Position numbers and translations under genes: made by a program. A stretch of DNA of 64,000 bases from Catajapyx aquilonaris (taxonomy: Eukaryota), in NCBI GenBank assembly GCA_000934665.2, contig KZ538292.1, positions 1 through 64,000 on the forward strand. The letters run 5' to 3'. Position 1 is the first letter of the stretch. Every line of letters begins with the position of its first letter. Shown here piece by piece: positions 50,734 through 63,300 of the stretch. The notes under the pieces were generated by a model that did no database searches, was not told the DNA's origin, and saw nothing but the letters and a program-made list of their open reading frames with translations.

Positions 50734-53160
50734 GAGAGTGGCAGTAGTGTGCGCCATCTACGTGAGGGATGTAGTACTACGTAGACTTCTGCACCTAACG
50801 TGGGTTAATCCTAGCAAATGCGCTTGGGCTGGGACTAAAACGCGTCTGATGGATATGCTGATGCAATCAGACCCTGCATTGGGGTCCCGGGCAGAAATCC
50901 CACCCAACTAGTAACAAAGTCAATGGGTATACATTCACGATAATGACGTTCCGCTAACCACCGCGTCCAACATTACTCGCTCTATGTGCAATGGGGGAAG
51001 GTATAGGAGGATCTAGGAAGCACTTTTTGGCCTCCCCCAATCCAAAAAGAGCTGGGATTTGCACTAAGAAGATTAATTGTAATTTGTGGGAGTATTTAGC
51101 ACTGGGGGTCATACGCGGTTTATTTTTTTAAAATATCCTCGGAGAGATGGTAGGGCATCTGCACATTTTAGGAGGTATTATTGAAGGTGTGTTATGTTGA
51201 GTGGGCTGGCTTTAAGCAGTCGTAATCATGCGGGTTAATGAGCATGAGGAAGTGCCTGCGAGGCCAGTAATTTACGGCAAGTGGTCAGCGCTAAGGCAGA
51301 ATTATGAATTGCGGTCCTTGTAAACGGAAATGCGCCATGTATACTGAGGACAAAATAATTCATATTGTAATCGCCAGAAAAAATTGGTTCAGTGTGATTG
51401 TTCAGTCGCATTTTTTGCCTGCAATCTGAGTCAATGGCGCGGAATATAACATGTAATTTGGAGAACAATACAAGTCAGCAAAACATGTCATTATACGTAG
51501 GTATTGTTGACGACAATATAAAGCAGCCGGATATTTGCGGTCGTGTACAACCGGATATTGCGACAACAATATATGGTGACACCGCATGAATTATTTGCAG
51601 GATGATTACTACTTTAGAAGAATGAAACATGTAGTTATGAAGACAATTGAAAAAATAGGTCGAAAGGAATGTGAAGACATCAAGAGGTCCATTCGTTTTT
51701 TTGGAGGTTAATTTAATTTTTCACTATTTTTGAGGCCATATAATGCAACCAAATGTTGCAAATAATTTTTTATGATCCTCCACTATGCACTGCAATTTAA
51801 AAAATTGTTTCTTAAGCCCCCCCNCCCCCCCCCCGCCAACCCACCCATCACCCAAACAAGTTCGCTCAACATCAATATATTCCTCGACACCCAGTACACG
51901 GGTTTTTATTTCCAATCCGGCAGAGAGCTCGAGTAATTTTCTTTAGAAAACCTTTGGCACTATCTCATTCGTCGACCCCCTCTCTCGCCAATTGTGAAAA
52001 AGCAAGGAAGCGTAGTCTACAGTATCTGTAAAGCATAGCCCGCTCCATACGATCAGATCTGAAAAGGCAGCACTGGGGTTGGGGGAAGATGAACGTGTCA
52101 ACACGCCATACCTCCTTTTGTCACCAACTCAACTCTTAACACAACAGTCTGGAGAGAAAAAAAAACCCGGGTGGGGAAGCATATACATCCAGAAAATTAT
52201 GGAGATGAAAGTTTTTATCTCCGGGTGCAAACATTACCATCGATTTCCGTTGGTTCTGATTGTTCCCTCGTTTTAGTCCGATTAATCACAAAGTTACTTT
52301 AAAAAAAACACAATATTGATCCCTCCTATATGGTAGGTGTTTGTGTGCATGCTTTTACTGAGGGGAAAAGCTCGGAATTGGTGAAAAGGGTCACGGCGAA
52401 ACGAGTTCTGGCAGGAAGACGAACGTAAGACCCGGGCTTTAATTGCCAGCGACACTTTGTTCCATTTCAAGACCCTGTCGCCGAATTCCCCTGTGCACTA
52501 TCCATTATTTAGCTTTAGAAGTAGCGCCCGGTCACGTATATCCGGAGAAGAAGGAGCAAGGCAAAGGAAGGAAAAGGAAATTAAATCTCGGTACTGTGCT
52601 AGGAAGATCTAAGTATCCAATTGGAATGCACCAGTAATGCGACAATGCAATTAATTTTTCCTGACACATTTGATACCTTGCATCCAGCATATTTTTTTTC
52701 TTCATGTGGATCCCACGCTTCAGGATTTCCTAATTCGCACATGAAAAGCACCGCCATATTCGCCGTCCGACGATTATTAATGCCGCGTTTGCAACTTCTA
52801 ATCATGGCGAATGGAGTACACCACATTGAGTGTCACAAAGGCTGGGGTGGTTACCGGTAGCTGCTGGGTGGTGGAAAAAGAGAGCTCATAATTCATCATA
52901 AGCTGACGACTGCAACTCATGTACTAATCTCCCTGCCGGTACCTCCGATGAGACTGCAAATCCTTTTCACGCCAGACATGCACAAGTCCCGATATTTCCT
53001 GACACGTCATTAACTCCGGGTTTTTCAAAAACCAGGACAAAAAGAGGACGCAGTGCAATTTTACACACCCCTTCCCTGATTAATGGCAAAAAATTGGAAG
53101 GGGAAATGCACCGGACAATGGCCACCATCCGCTCACTTTCTTCTATGTATCTATAGGTAT

Positions 53161-53251
53161 AGGTTATACTCGTATACTCGTATACGAGTATCGTAGGTTA
53201 TACTCGTATACTCGTATACTCGTATCGTAGGCTATACGAGTATACTCGTAA
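53161..53251. repeat. Minisatellite of (tatactcg)n with inverted tatacgag units
   Basis: aggttatactcgtatactcgtatacgagtatcgt is repeated about 2.5 times, with 8-bp internal periodicity. Confidence 0.85.
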
Positions 53252-56200
53252 CAATAGTTCCGCCCTCCAACTGGGAACTGGCTAACTAATATTTTTTTTA
53301 AATAAGTTGCGTTCCAACTCCAGAAATGATTTGACCAAATGGCCCGTAGATGTCGTGGCAGGCGACATGCCATCTAGCGGCAAGTCCCCCCCAAAAAAGG
53401 TGTACGAAACGCCATCAATTTAGGTGGGGCATCCAGCTCCCTAATTCGTCCAGGCCTGTAGCAATCGGACGAAGCTGATTAAGACCCGTTTTAACCTCTA
53501 GGGGCCAGAGCATGCTCTCCCTTCCATCCCCATCCCCAAGTTGGAAAATTGGACTCGCTCCAGATGACAAAGTTGGGATCGGTTCCCATTTTCCAGCATT
53601 GACTCCGCCGATCAACCAGGGGGGTGGGCCCCGAAGACCTGTAGATTTTCAGGCCTGGGGACTATAATTGGGTATAAAGCTGCGGCAACCATATCCATAA
53701 TAGAATCACCGAGCGGCGTCAACGTGTGAATGCATTGACAGTGGTAACCTCTGGATGCTGCTCCTAATAATCCAATGATGAAGGAAAATCTGGTTGCCAT
53801 TTTTGGGAAGGGCAGCTCAGCAGATGGGGGAGGGGGAAAGATTGGCCATCCATTTTCGAGCCAACCCCTCCTCCATAATGTCAGAACCAGAGGTTTTTCC
53901 TTCGGCTGTCTCATCCCATGACATTTGCGTGAGGGCCAATGATGAGTCATTGGGTCAAGATGACATTCAAAGCTGCATGAAACGTCACTCGGATAGATGC
54001 CAGCGGATGAAAAAGAAGTGGAGGTGCAGCATTGCAAAGACCGGACTAATTAATGGGCATTCCTGACGTAACGCGTGTGCGCGTTCAGTCAATCAGAGAC
54101 AGCACGACTGTTGCTTCATCCGACGTTTCGGACAGCGTTTGTCTGCCGCATGTCTACAGTGTAACCTTACAAATGTGATAAATCCGAGGGGTTATTCGCT
54201 GTATATGTTTTCACAGTCAAACATGAACGAAATTTTCAAATTAATTAATGCGCATAAAGTTTTTAGTGATTTCAGAAGTTTAGTTAGAGGCACAACCTGG
54301 GCATGTTCACACAGTCGTAACTATCTGAATAGGTTGTTTGGGCATCTTACACCCAGGCTTAGCACAACAATATAGTTGTTTCCGGAATGCAATTAATTTC
54401 CTTCATTTCTCCCCCTCGATTATCCATTTTCTGTAAACCCATGCAAGTAACAAGGGACATCATTATAGCCCCTAAATGAGGCATTAGCTCTAACAGCCCC
54501 CTCAGTAATTATGAACAACAACTAATTAATAACAGCAGTTAACTACCCGCCATAATAATTATTTGTTGTATAATTTCAGGACCAATAGTATACAGCTCAC
54601 AGTTTCTAAAGCGATTTTTTTTCTCGCCCGTACCTTCGCCTATTTGACAGTCCAATGCCCCCCCTGCCCACATTCATCCTGACAATCACACAGAGCGGGT
54701 TCTTTTGTCCCAACCCCCACCGATATGCGGCTGTCAGACGTGGAATTTGCGTCAAGTCAAGGGGGCCAGCATGTAGCGTCCAGTCTGACAGAACAACCCG
54801 GCGGCATCCGTTTTTAGCCCCCCTACCATTGAACATGTGTTATAATTAACTGTCCTTTTTATGCCAAAGATGGGTAGCCGGCATTTTAGTTCTCGGGATT
54901 TTCGCGTCCCAAAAACTGCCAAGTCAGTCTCAGGGACTGTCCCTAGAGGCGGTTTCTGTTGTTGAGACAGCAGAAAATATGCTCGGTTTTTTTCACTGCA
55001 GTACACAGAAAGTGTATGTAAACAATATCCTGGTAGGTATGCATCCCTTCGTGGAAGGGATCCTTCATGTCACTATGCAATATTTACAAACGGTGTTACC
55101 AGGTGTCCTATCCTATGCATTAATTGTCTAGCACACCCTGTACCCCAATCGCTAAACCGGTTGAGCAGGTAGAGCCGTTTGTGTATAAACACCGACTGAT
55201 TAAATTGATCACAATAGTCTGCGAACAATCTCGGCTCGAAAGTAAACACGTCATGGCTCCCAGACTTCTTTTGCTTTCCAGGAGCTCTAGAAAATAGAGG
55301 AAGAGGAAGGGGAGCCGACAAAAATACCTCGGCTACATCTTATTGGAAAGAGAATAGGAGACTGAGCTCTTACACGTGGCGGGAATGGATGCCCGGATTA
55401 AGATTCGTGGAGAGGAAAAAAAAAGAGGGGGAAGGAGGAGGACCGGAGAAAAGTAATATAATCCGGGTAAAGAAGGGAAAGGCTCAAAATTACAAAGTCG
55501 GCCCTTATTTACTGCAAATTCGAGCAATACTTCACGGCTTAATGACTCCGCCGCACCTGAATATTTGGAGTCTCAATATGTGATCAAAAATTTCGACGAA
55601 TATTATGGCACACACTGAATTGAGTAACGCAACAAACGACCAAATGAGCCTAAAATATACCAACTTTTATTCGACCAAATATTGGCAGCAATATCTTAAT
55701 GCCAAATTCATCCGGAACACCCTGTGCATAGCGAATGAAAGTTGGTGACAAGTGCATAATTGAACCTAGGGAAAAAAGGCCACCAACCAAAATTTCGGGT
55801 TAGCCTACCGGAGTTATATTCTCCGGATCAACTCTATCTAATTGCTATACAGGAAGGGTCGACTTTTCAGAGGGAGGTGTAGGGGAAAACATTCCCTCCA
55901 GAAAGTTTAGCTAATTACAGGCATGAAAGCGGAGGTGAACCATTATATCTTCAGCACTGGCAGCGCCGAATTTTGTATACACGCTTTTTCGAAATAAAAA
56001 AAACCAGGTTGAATTATAAGTTCGGTTCTATGGCTCCAAAAAAAAACCAATCGGGAAGAAGGTGCTAGAACCGCATTAAATTCCTTCCAAGTCTTGCGTC
56101 ACTAAGAATTATAGGCCTAATTTACCTGCAGTGGCATTAAAGGACCGAGAAAGGATTCCAGGGGGGTGCCTTTTGCAATCTTGCGAAAAGTACCCCGGAA

Positions 56201-56989
56201 TCCGCATTATCCCTCCAGGGGAAGGAACAATTGTTTACGAAAAAGACCGCCCTCAAAATTGCCATTTTCCTGATTTGATCTGTTTAATTTACTTACAACT
56301 TTCCTTGGCTATAGAATTACGGATCGAGCAATGCCGAGGATTCCAGAAAAATAAAGAAGTACTGGGTGTTAACCACTTTATGGAATCTGGGGGTTGTAAT
56401 AGTCTGCTTTTAATCAGTCTTTATACGGTCATAAACAGGTCCTCCAGGAATCAGGTCGTAAGATATGTTAATGGGAGACCTCCAGAGAGAAGGAAGAGGT
56501 AATAGGATAGATAATGTTGAAACAAGTCATACTATTCCGGCGCCGTAGATATTACAGCTTCTTCTAAGGGTAAAAGGTTCGCTCATTGTTCAGTGATGAG
56601 CCAATTAGAAATCAGCACGTCCACTAAACAGTTAGGCCATCATTTTCTCGAGCTGTAACGACACATTCAAAAAGCGCGCGGACACACAAAAAAAATTGCA
56701 ACCGGAATAGGAAATATAGCCAAACATTTTGGGGATCAGAAAAAATGGCATTAACCGAGCATAAAAGGTCGTTTATGGTTATTTTATGTGGCTGTCAACC
56801 GTACATCCGGCTACGTTTAAAAAAAAAGATGTGATCATTACCCGCCCCTATATTTTTGGGGAGACCAGTGGTTATGGCCCGTGTTGCCAATTGTGCACTC
56901 AAAAAATGAAAACCAAATTGTGAGTCATTTTCACTTATGCCTTTTCATGACACAAAATGAAATATTACAGATAACATTTTGAGAAAACA

Positions 56990-57320
56990 CATTTCTAAGC
57001 AATAATAATACAAAAATTTTGTTTTACTCTATCGTTATTTTTATGATTCTTGTTTTTTATTTAATTTCTTGTTTGATTTCTTATTTCTATTTTATTATTT
57101 CATTTACTATAGTTTCTTAATTTAAGTAAACTACTGTACTATTTTTTATAGTGTTTACTTATACCATTTTTATTCATAGTTGCGATTTTATTTTCGTTTA
57201 CTATTATTGCCGTTTATATTATTTTCAATTTTTATTTATTACTCGTACGGTATATCACAATGTGTTATTTTAAATTTTAATCACATATATTATTTTTATT
57301 TTTATTAATTAATTTTCATT
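56990..57320. repeat. T-rich low-complexity AT island
   Basis: About 330 bp of very AT-rich sequence, T-biased on the + strand. Confidence 0.8.
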
Positions 57321-60300
57321 GCCGCAATTAGCGACCAAATAGTGGGCCAGTTTCGGAATGGATCCTGTCTCCTGGCTGCTGTGTGAATGACCTTATATAG
57401 CATCAGACATCCTCGAACCGGAGGACACATGATCCGTCCAAGTAACCCCGTTTCCCAAGCAAATTTTCCTTTTCCCCATCTATCCCCACGAGATTTTCTA
57501 AGGGGAGTTTGAGTGTGGGGAAGGGGGAAGTGGGGGGGCAGGGGATGGGAAGGAAGTTTGGCGAAAATGCGGAGGACCGAGTTTCGCACCTCGGATCCAT
57601 TACTCATCTTGTCTTTTCATCTCGCGGGACAAGAGATTCGCCTCCATCGAGGTCGCTCACCTAGAACATTACTTTCGTCCAGGAACAAGGGGGCGGGAGG
57701 AGGCCTATTACACCAACAATGCATCTCTTGAGTAGGCGTACTTCCCCCTCAACTTTGGTCAACAAAAGGACCTGCCTGAGAGCTTTCCCTTTTTTTTCTC
57801 CACATGAGAAGCGTCCCCTAGCGCTATCAGTTGGAGGAGTGATTGATAAGCAGAACTTGAAAGAGCACTGAGATGAATGACACCACAGACTAATGATGGA
57901 GCAGTCGAATATTTCACCGCTGAGACAGATTTGTTTTTCGACCGACCGGTGTATGCATATATACACACACACCGAGAGGTATATTTCCACTCGTCACGTT
58001 TTCCGATCTAAATCATGCCGCAGGTACTACAACGCGTTGAATGGAGGGAGCCGGACTGGTCTCGTAACAAAGGAAACTTTGTTCGAGGCGTTTCAATGGC
58101 CAGGAGTTATTAGCAGGCGTATGCATTGATCTCTGTAATAACTGGATCACGCCCGCAACAATAGAGGAGTAGTCGGCAGGATTTATGCTATTTGAATGCG
58201 CGCGTGACGGATTCATGCGGCAACCCTGCTGGTCATCTCCCGTTAGCTGGCCTCACATTTTAGTTAATAATGTGACCTGTGCTTTCAACAATTGTTACTA
58301 ATATAATTCTGTACTATCTAGTTGCCAAAACTTCCAGGGGCTCAGACTGCCCATCTAGTACCATACCAGTCGTACAGATGGCGTCTTATCCGCGTTGCCA
58401 GATCCAACACACGTCTGAAGCGGTCAGTTCCAAAATGGCGTCACCCACGCTGTCCCCCAGCTACAGCTCGATACATCTGGTGCTGCTCTCCACTGGAATA
58501 GGTTTCGATTCACCCCCCTAGTGTTCTGCGGCTAAGTGGAACATTTTGTGGGGGATCGGGAACCCCCTAACTCTACGGGCATTACACTGCACCAGATTGA
58601 GACCCACACTGTTGCCAGATGGACACACTCATCTTCAACAAACATTTTTGCGACAAAACTGAAGCAGAGTTACCAACTCATCGGCATAATTTCTTGCTTT
58701 TTCCCTCCGAGTTGGCTCGAGTTATTATTTTTTTTTTTTTACATACTTGTACTTCCCCAGTTACTACCGGTTTTATTTCGTATATATATTTTTTTGCGTA
58801 AATGTAAATTTGGCGAGACAGAGCGAGAAGGGAAAAGAAGTTGGCGTTGGGGGAAGTGGAGTGGGGGAGAACCTGGCAACTACAGCTCCCCCGGCAGGCA
58901 GCATGGCCAGGGACGTTTGAATAATTCAAATTACTCGGTCCGATTGCCACAGGAGAGCAAGAAAGAGGACCCGGTATTAACTGTGGTAGGGGGGCCTCCC
59001 TCCTATAGCTATGTTGCTACAGGAACAGCCCAAAATATATATTGTCGCAAAGACGCTCCACACTGCATCTCTATGCAAAACAAAGCTGTAAAAATGTATG
59101 CTAGAACCGGTCAGTCGGATGACATTTTTTGATAGCGAGTTACTGCAGATTGTCGATTCTGTTGGCACAAACATTGCTTGCTCCGTTTATGATGGAGGAA
59201 GCAATATAATCACAGATGCACACGCCTCTTGGCCTGAGCTGGCACCAACTCTTGGACACGATCCATGAGAGCCCCCCACCCCCTCCCCCAAGCCGCTATC
59301 AGCATACTGCTCGCATACACACGACGGAATAATTCAGGTGCCCAATTTTGGGGTATTCGGGCGCAACAAGGTGTGGCCTGTATTGGTGCAACCGGCAGAG
59401 GGGGGGGATTTGAAATACTGGCCGGTTTCAGTGCCAGGCGTGCTGGCTTGAAATATGCTCCTGGGAATTTGGAAACTAGCAAAATGTCGCAAAGTGAGAA
59501 ACGGCGCAAAATCTAAGCGATAGTTGGAGGAAAATATTACACTATTTTTTTCTCTAATAAACTTTGCCCAACCAATCTGATTGTTGATTTTAGGGTTAAT
59601 TTGCGTCATTTTTATCATTAACTTCATGCCTATATGCACAGTTTAGTCGAGTGTTCATTTTTAAAATATTTAAAAATCAAACAAAATTAATTCAGGCATA
59701 TGGACGAGTTGGAATATGCCTGACTCGATTTCACGTATGCAGAGCTTGCTCGGTCCAATTAATTTACCAAAAAATTGCTGCAAATCTGTCGGGGAAACCC
59801 CCATGTTTATAACCCTTCCCCAGTGCAGTCCCCACGACGCTGGTTTAATAAATAACAAGATGCCATCCACCCTTTCCCCCTACCAAAAATGTAGGATGAC
59901 ACAGGAAAACAAAGGCCCTTAGGGGTCGGTTGTGTCCGGGACGTTCCGGACCATCCTCCTAATACTTCACACTCCGAAACTGCTCCCTTGTTCCTAATCA
60001 CAATAGGAGGTTTTCGGGAGGGTGTGCGTATATACACTGTGTGATGGAGGGGAAGAGATTGTGATTAGCATTGGTCCACTCGGTTTTGCCTTTTCAAGAG
60101 TGGTCTAGGGGAAGAGGAGAATTCCTCCCTTTCTTATGGGACACCAAGAATCGGGGACAGACTCGTTTTTCATGTCGTGTTTGGGGGGGTCTCTCGTGGG
60201 GGAGATGAAGCGAGCACAATTTGCCCTGGGGAGAGAAACGATGAGAAGACGGATGATTAATAAGTTTGCTGTACTGGAAGTCTTTTCCATTCTCTGCGCC

Positions 60301-63300
60301 CTCAGTCCCTCCCGCACAAGTTTACCTCCTGGGCGGGGGAGGGTGAAACCACGCCTGGATAAACTTGAGCCCAGTGCTTTCTCCAGGAAAATCGCTTTTG
60401 GGATAGGCGGATTATGCAGTGTATGAAGAAGCAGGCTTCCGCATCAAAAATGCTGAATGGAGCTTGCATTCTATTACTGCATGTAGGATGTCGCCTTCAA
60501 GTGTGCTGCACTGCAGTGAATTCCGATGTACATAAATATAAGTGTGCGAGTAGGTATAGGTGTCGATTTCGGAAATTCAACTATTAATCATTATAATTGC
60601 GTGTCGAAGCAAGCCACATAACTTTTTGGTCTGCCTTGATGCGAATCAAAGAAAAAAAGTGCTGAGACGCCGCTCGAATTCTATCCAAAAAAAAGCGGTA
60701 CATATCGATTTGAAAATCTGCGCTTTCAAAAGCCTTTCCCCTCATACCGGGGAATGTAATTTTGGATTACAACAAAACAGAACTGAAGGGGAGGACTCGG
60801 GCGTGAATATTCCTGTCCCCTATTGTTCCGCCTTCCTTCCAAGTCCCTCCATTTTTATTTCTCATTCCATAGTCCGAAAAGCTCACTAAGGCTTCCATTT
60901 TCCGTTAAATATTCTCCAGCTAATGAAATTCTTTTTTTATCGCTCAGCGTCTCAGGTAGTACCAGTCCTTTCTTCCCCCCCCCTTCCCGACTCTAGCAAC
61001 CGGCTTTATATACGAGCTTCTCTCTGGCAGCAGAAGCGGAGCAAGAAAAGCCGTTATCAATCACCCCCGTGCCAAAGCAATGCTGTGCTGCTGTCAATTT
61101 GGGACTAGGCACCCCCTCCTGCCATTTGCCTTAGACTCAGAGCTGGCAAACACCATCACTTTTACACACGAAAAAAAAATGTATGGGACATATCTGGATG
61201 ATAGAAAGGCGGCGGAAATCCGCAAACACGCCGCTGCATGTTGATGTCCGTTGGAAAAGACAGACATGTCTGTTCACGACCCTCCCTTTTGAGTAGGGGG
61301 AGATAACGCTTTTCTCTAACGTCACTGCCGACTGAAGATAAGCCTCGATACACAAATCAGTCGTGGTCAACACTCCCTCGTTTGTCTCAAGCCTGGCCAT
61401 GAATATTATCACCCCTCTTTCAAGAAGGACGCTATCAAGAGATGGCGTTGCTCTCCCCCTAGCCAATCGCAGCGATACGACTCGCCCATTGGACGGCTGA
61501 CAGTTGCGGCGTGCGGTGTAGCTAAAATGACGGCTGAGCAGTAGCTCATTCCAGCCAAGGTACGACCACAAAACCACGCCGGATTAACCCCCAACACTTA
61601 TTATGGAGTGCACATCGTTTCCCTATGAGCCTGGTGCCCCCAACTTGATGAAAACTACGGGCATAAAGCCACCCCACTCTCCCTGGACCCTGCAGAGAGA
61701 GATTTTCAGGCAAGCGCAAAATCCGCATGGAGAGCGCTTATTTGTACTGAGCCGGTTACACCCAACTATTGCGTTATCCTCTCATAGCCTCCTCATTGGC
61801 AGCAAAAAATTTCTTTCGTAGTGTGGGTGGCAAATACTTCCTAATTGGGTGCATCACAAACTCGCCCAATTTTAGCCCTAGGATTTGGACCTAAGCTGCT
61901 GACTTTTGAGGGCAGCACCTTTCGTTTTTTTCCAGTATCTGCAGGTCAATAGCATCGTTTATATTCCCTTCGAGGAAACAGCTGTAAATGCTCCTTTTAC
62001 AGTGGCAGGAAAGATCTTGCGCCGTGGTTGCCAATGAGGAGGAAACCTAATTTTGCTTCTGGCCTATACAAAAGGCATTCATTTCCGGGTCTTCAGGCAC
62101 TTGTTTTCTATTCTCAAGCCTCCGGGGTCTGTCCCAGGAAAAAAAGAAGTCATGTCCAATAACGAAAAGCGTCTCGCGATGATGATTTATCCCAGCTACA
62201 TATAGAGACAAGGATCAATAACACTTAACGAAAATGCAATGGAATACAGAATTGAGCCTGCGAATTAAGGCAGGGGGGAAATTAATTTTCCATACCCCCC
62301 AGGTAGGCGCAATTCCAAGTATAAGTGAGAAGCTAGAAGGGAGTCCCCGGTTTGGTTCGAAAGGTATTAGCTTAATTTGGTTGCCTCGTGTACTAGGAGA
62401 GGGGGTAGGATTAAGAGAGTTGAATTCCTCTTTTTTTCTTAAGGAGGATCTGGGAGGATCAGCTTTTCCGAGAACAGGATCGTTGTGCAACGTGCCGGAT
62501 GCCCATTTTCAAGACTAGGGCGATTCCACAACAAGCACTAGCAGAGTGCACCCAGCACAGATTGTCGCCATTCAAGGAGCGAAACTTTCGTCCGATACTA
62601 CTACAGTCTTTTTACACACAAAAAAGGCAAACAAGAGAAATCCAGTAAGTCCAAAAACACTATAGTTTCGAGATATTACAGCGCAAAGGTTTGACATTTT
62701 ACTTGTTTACATGCTGGTGAAAAACAGATGATAAAGCAAAAGAATGCTATTTGCTGATGTGCCGTCAAAATTGGGCTAACGATATACAAAAGTTGGTCCG
62801 AAACATTCTCTCGACTGCTTCGATGGCACACACACCACAAAGAGCAATTTGTCAGCATGCACAAAAATTATTATAGGGTCCCCATTAGTGTCCAACATGA
62901 GTTTAAATCAACTGGCCAGCAAATCAAAACCCACCTATAATTATTTATCACCTGTTCATTTTCTCGAACGGTTTACGTGAGGCGGAACCAGTGGCTCAAT
63001 GATGCACCATATCTTCACATGCATGCCGTGAACAGGCGCCATTACTCTCCCGGAAGTGGGGCAGGTAGGTGTGCAGTCAATATGCGTTAGTCATAAAAGG
63101 GGTAGGGTTGCCTGCTTATCCCCCCACCGCAAAGTCGTCGCTTTTGCTCAGGACACTTTCTTTTAAATATGTTTCCTACTCGCACAATGTTGGGAGGGGT
63201 TAGTCGTAGGGTATGTTGCTTCCAATCACGCGAGCCAGCGGTACGATAGAGGCGCCACCTACGCCTGTAAACAATCGCCCAGAACCCGAATAATTGCACT

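Noticed and set aside
58536..59132. 198-aa ORF with a hydrophobic stretch
   Set aside because: The hydrophobic run comes from T homopolymers, and there is no recognisable homology.
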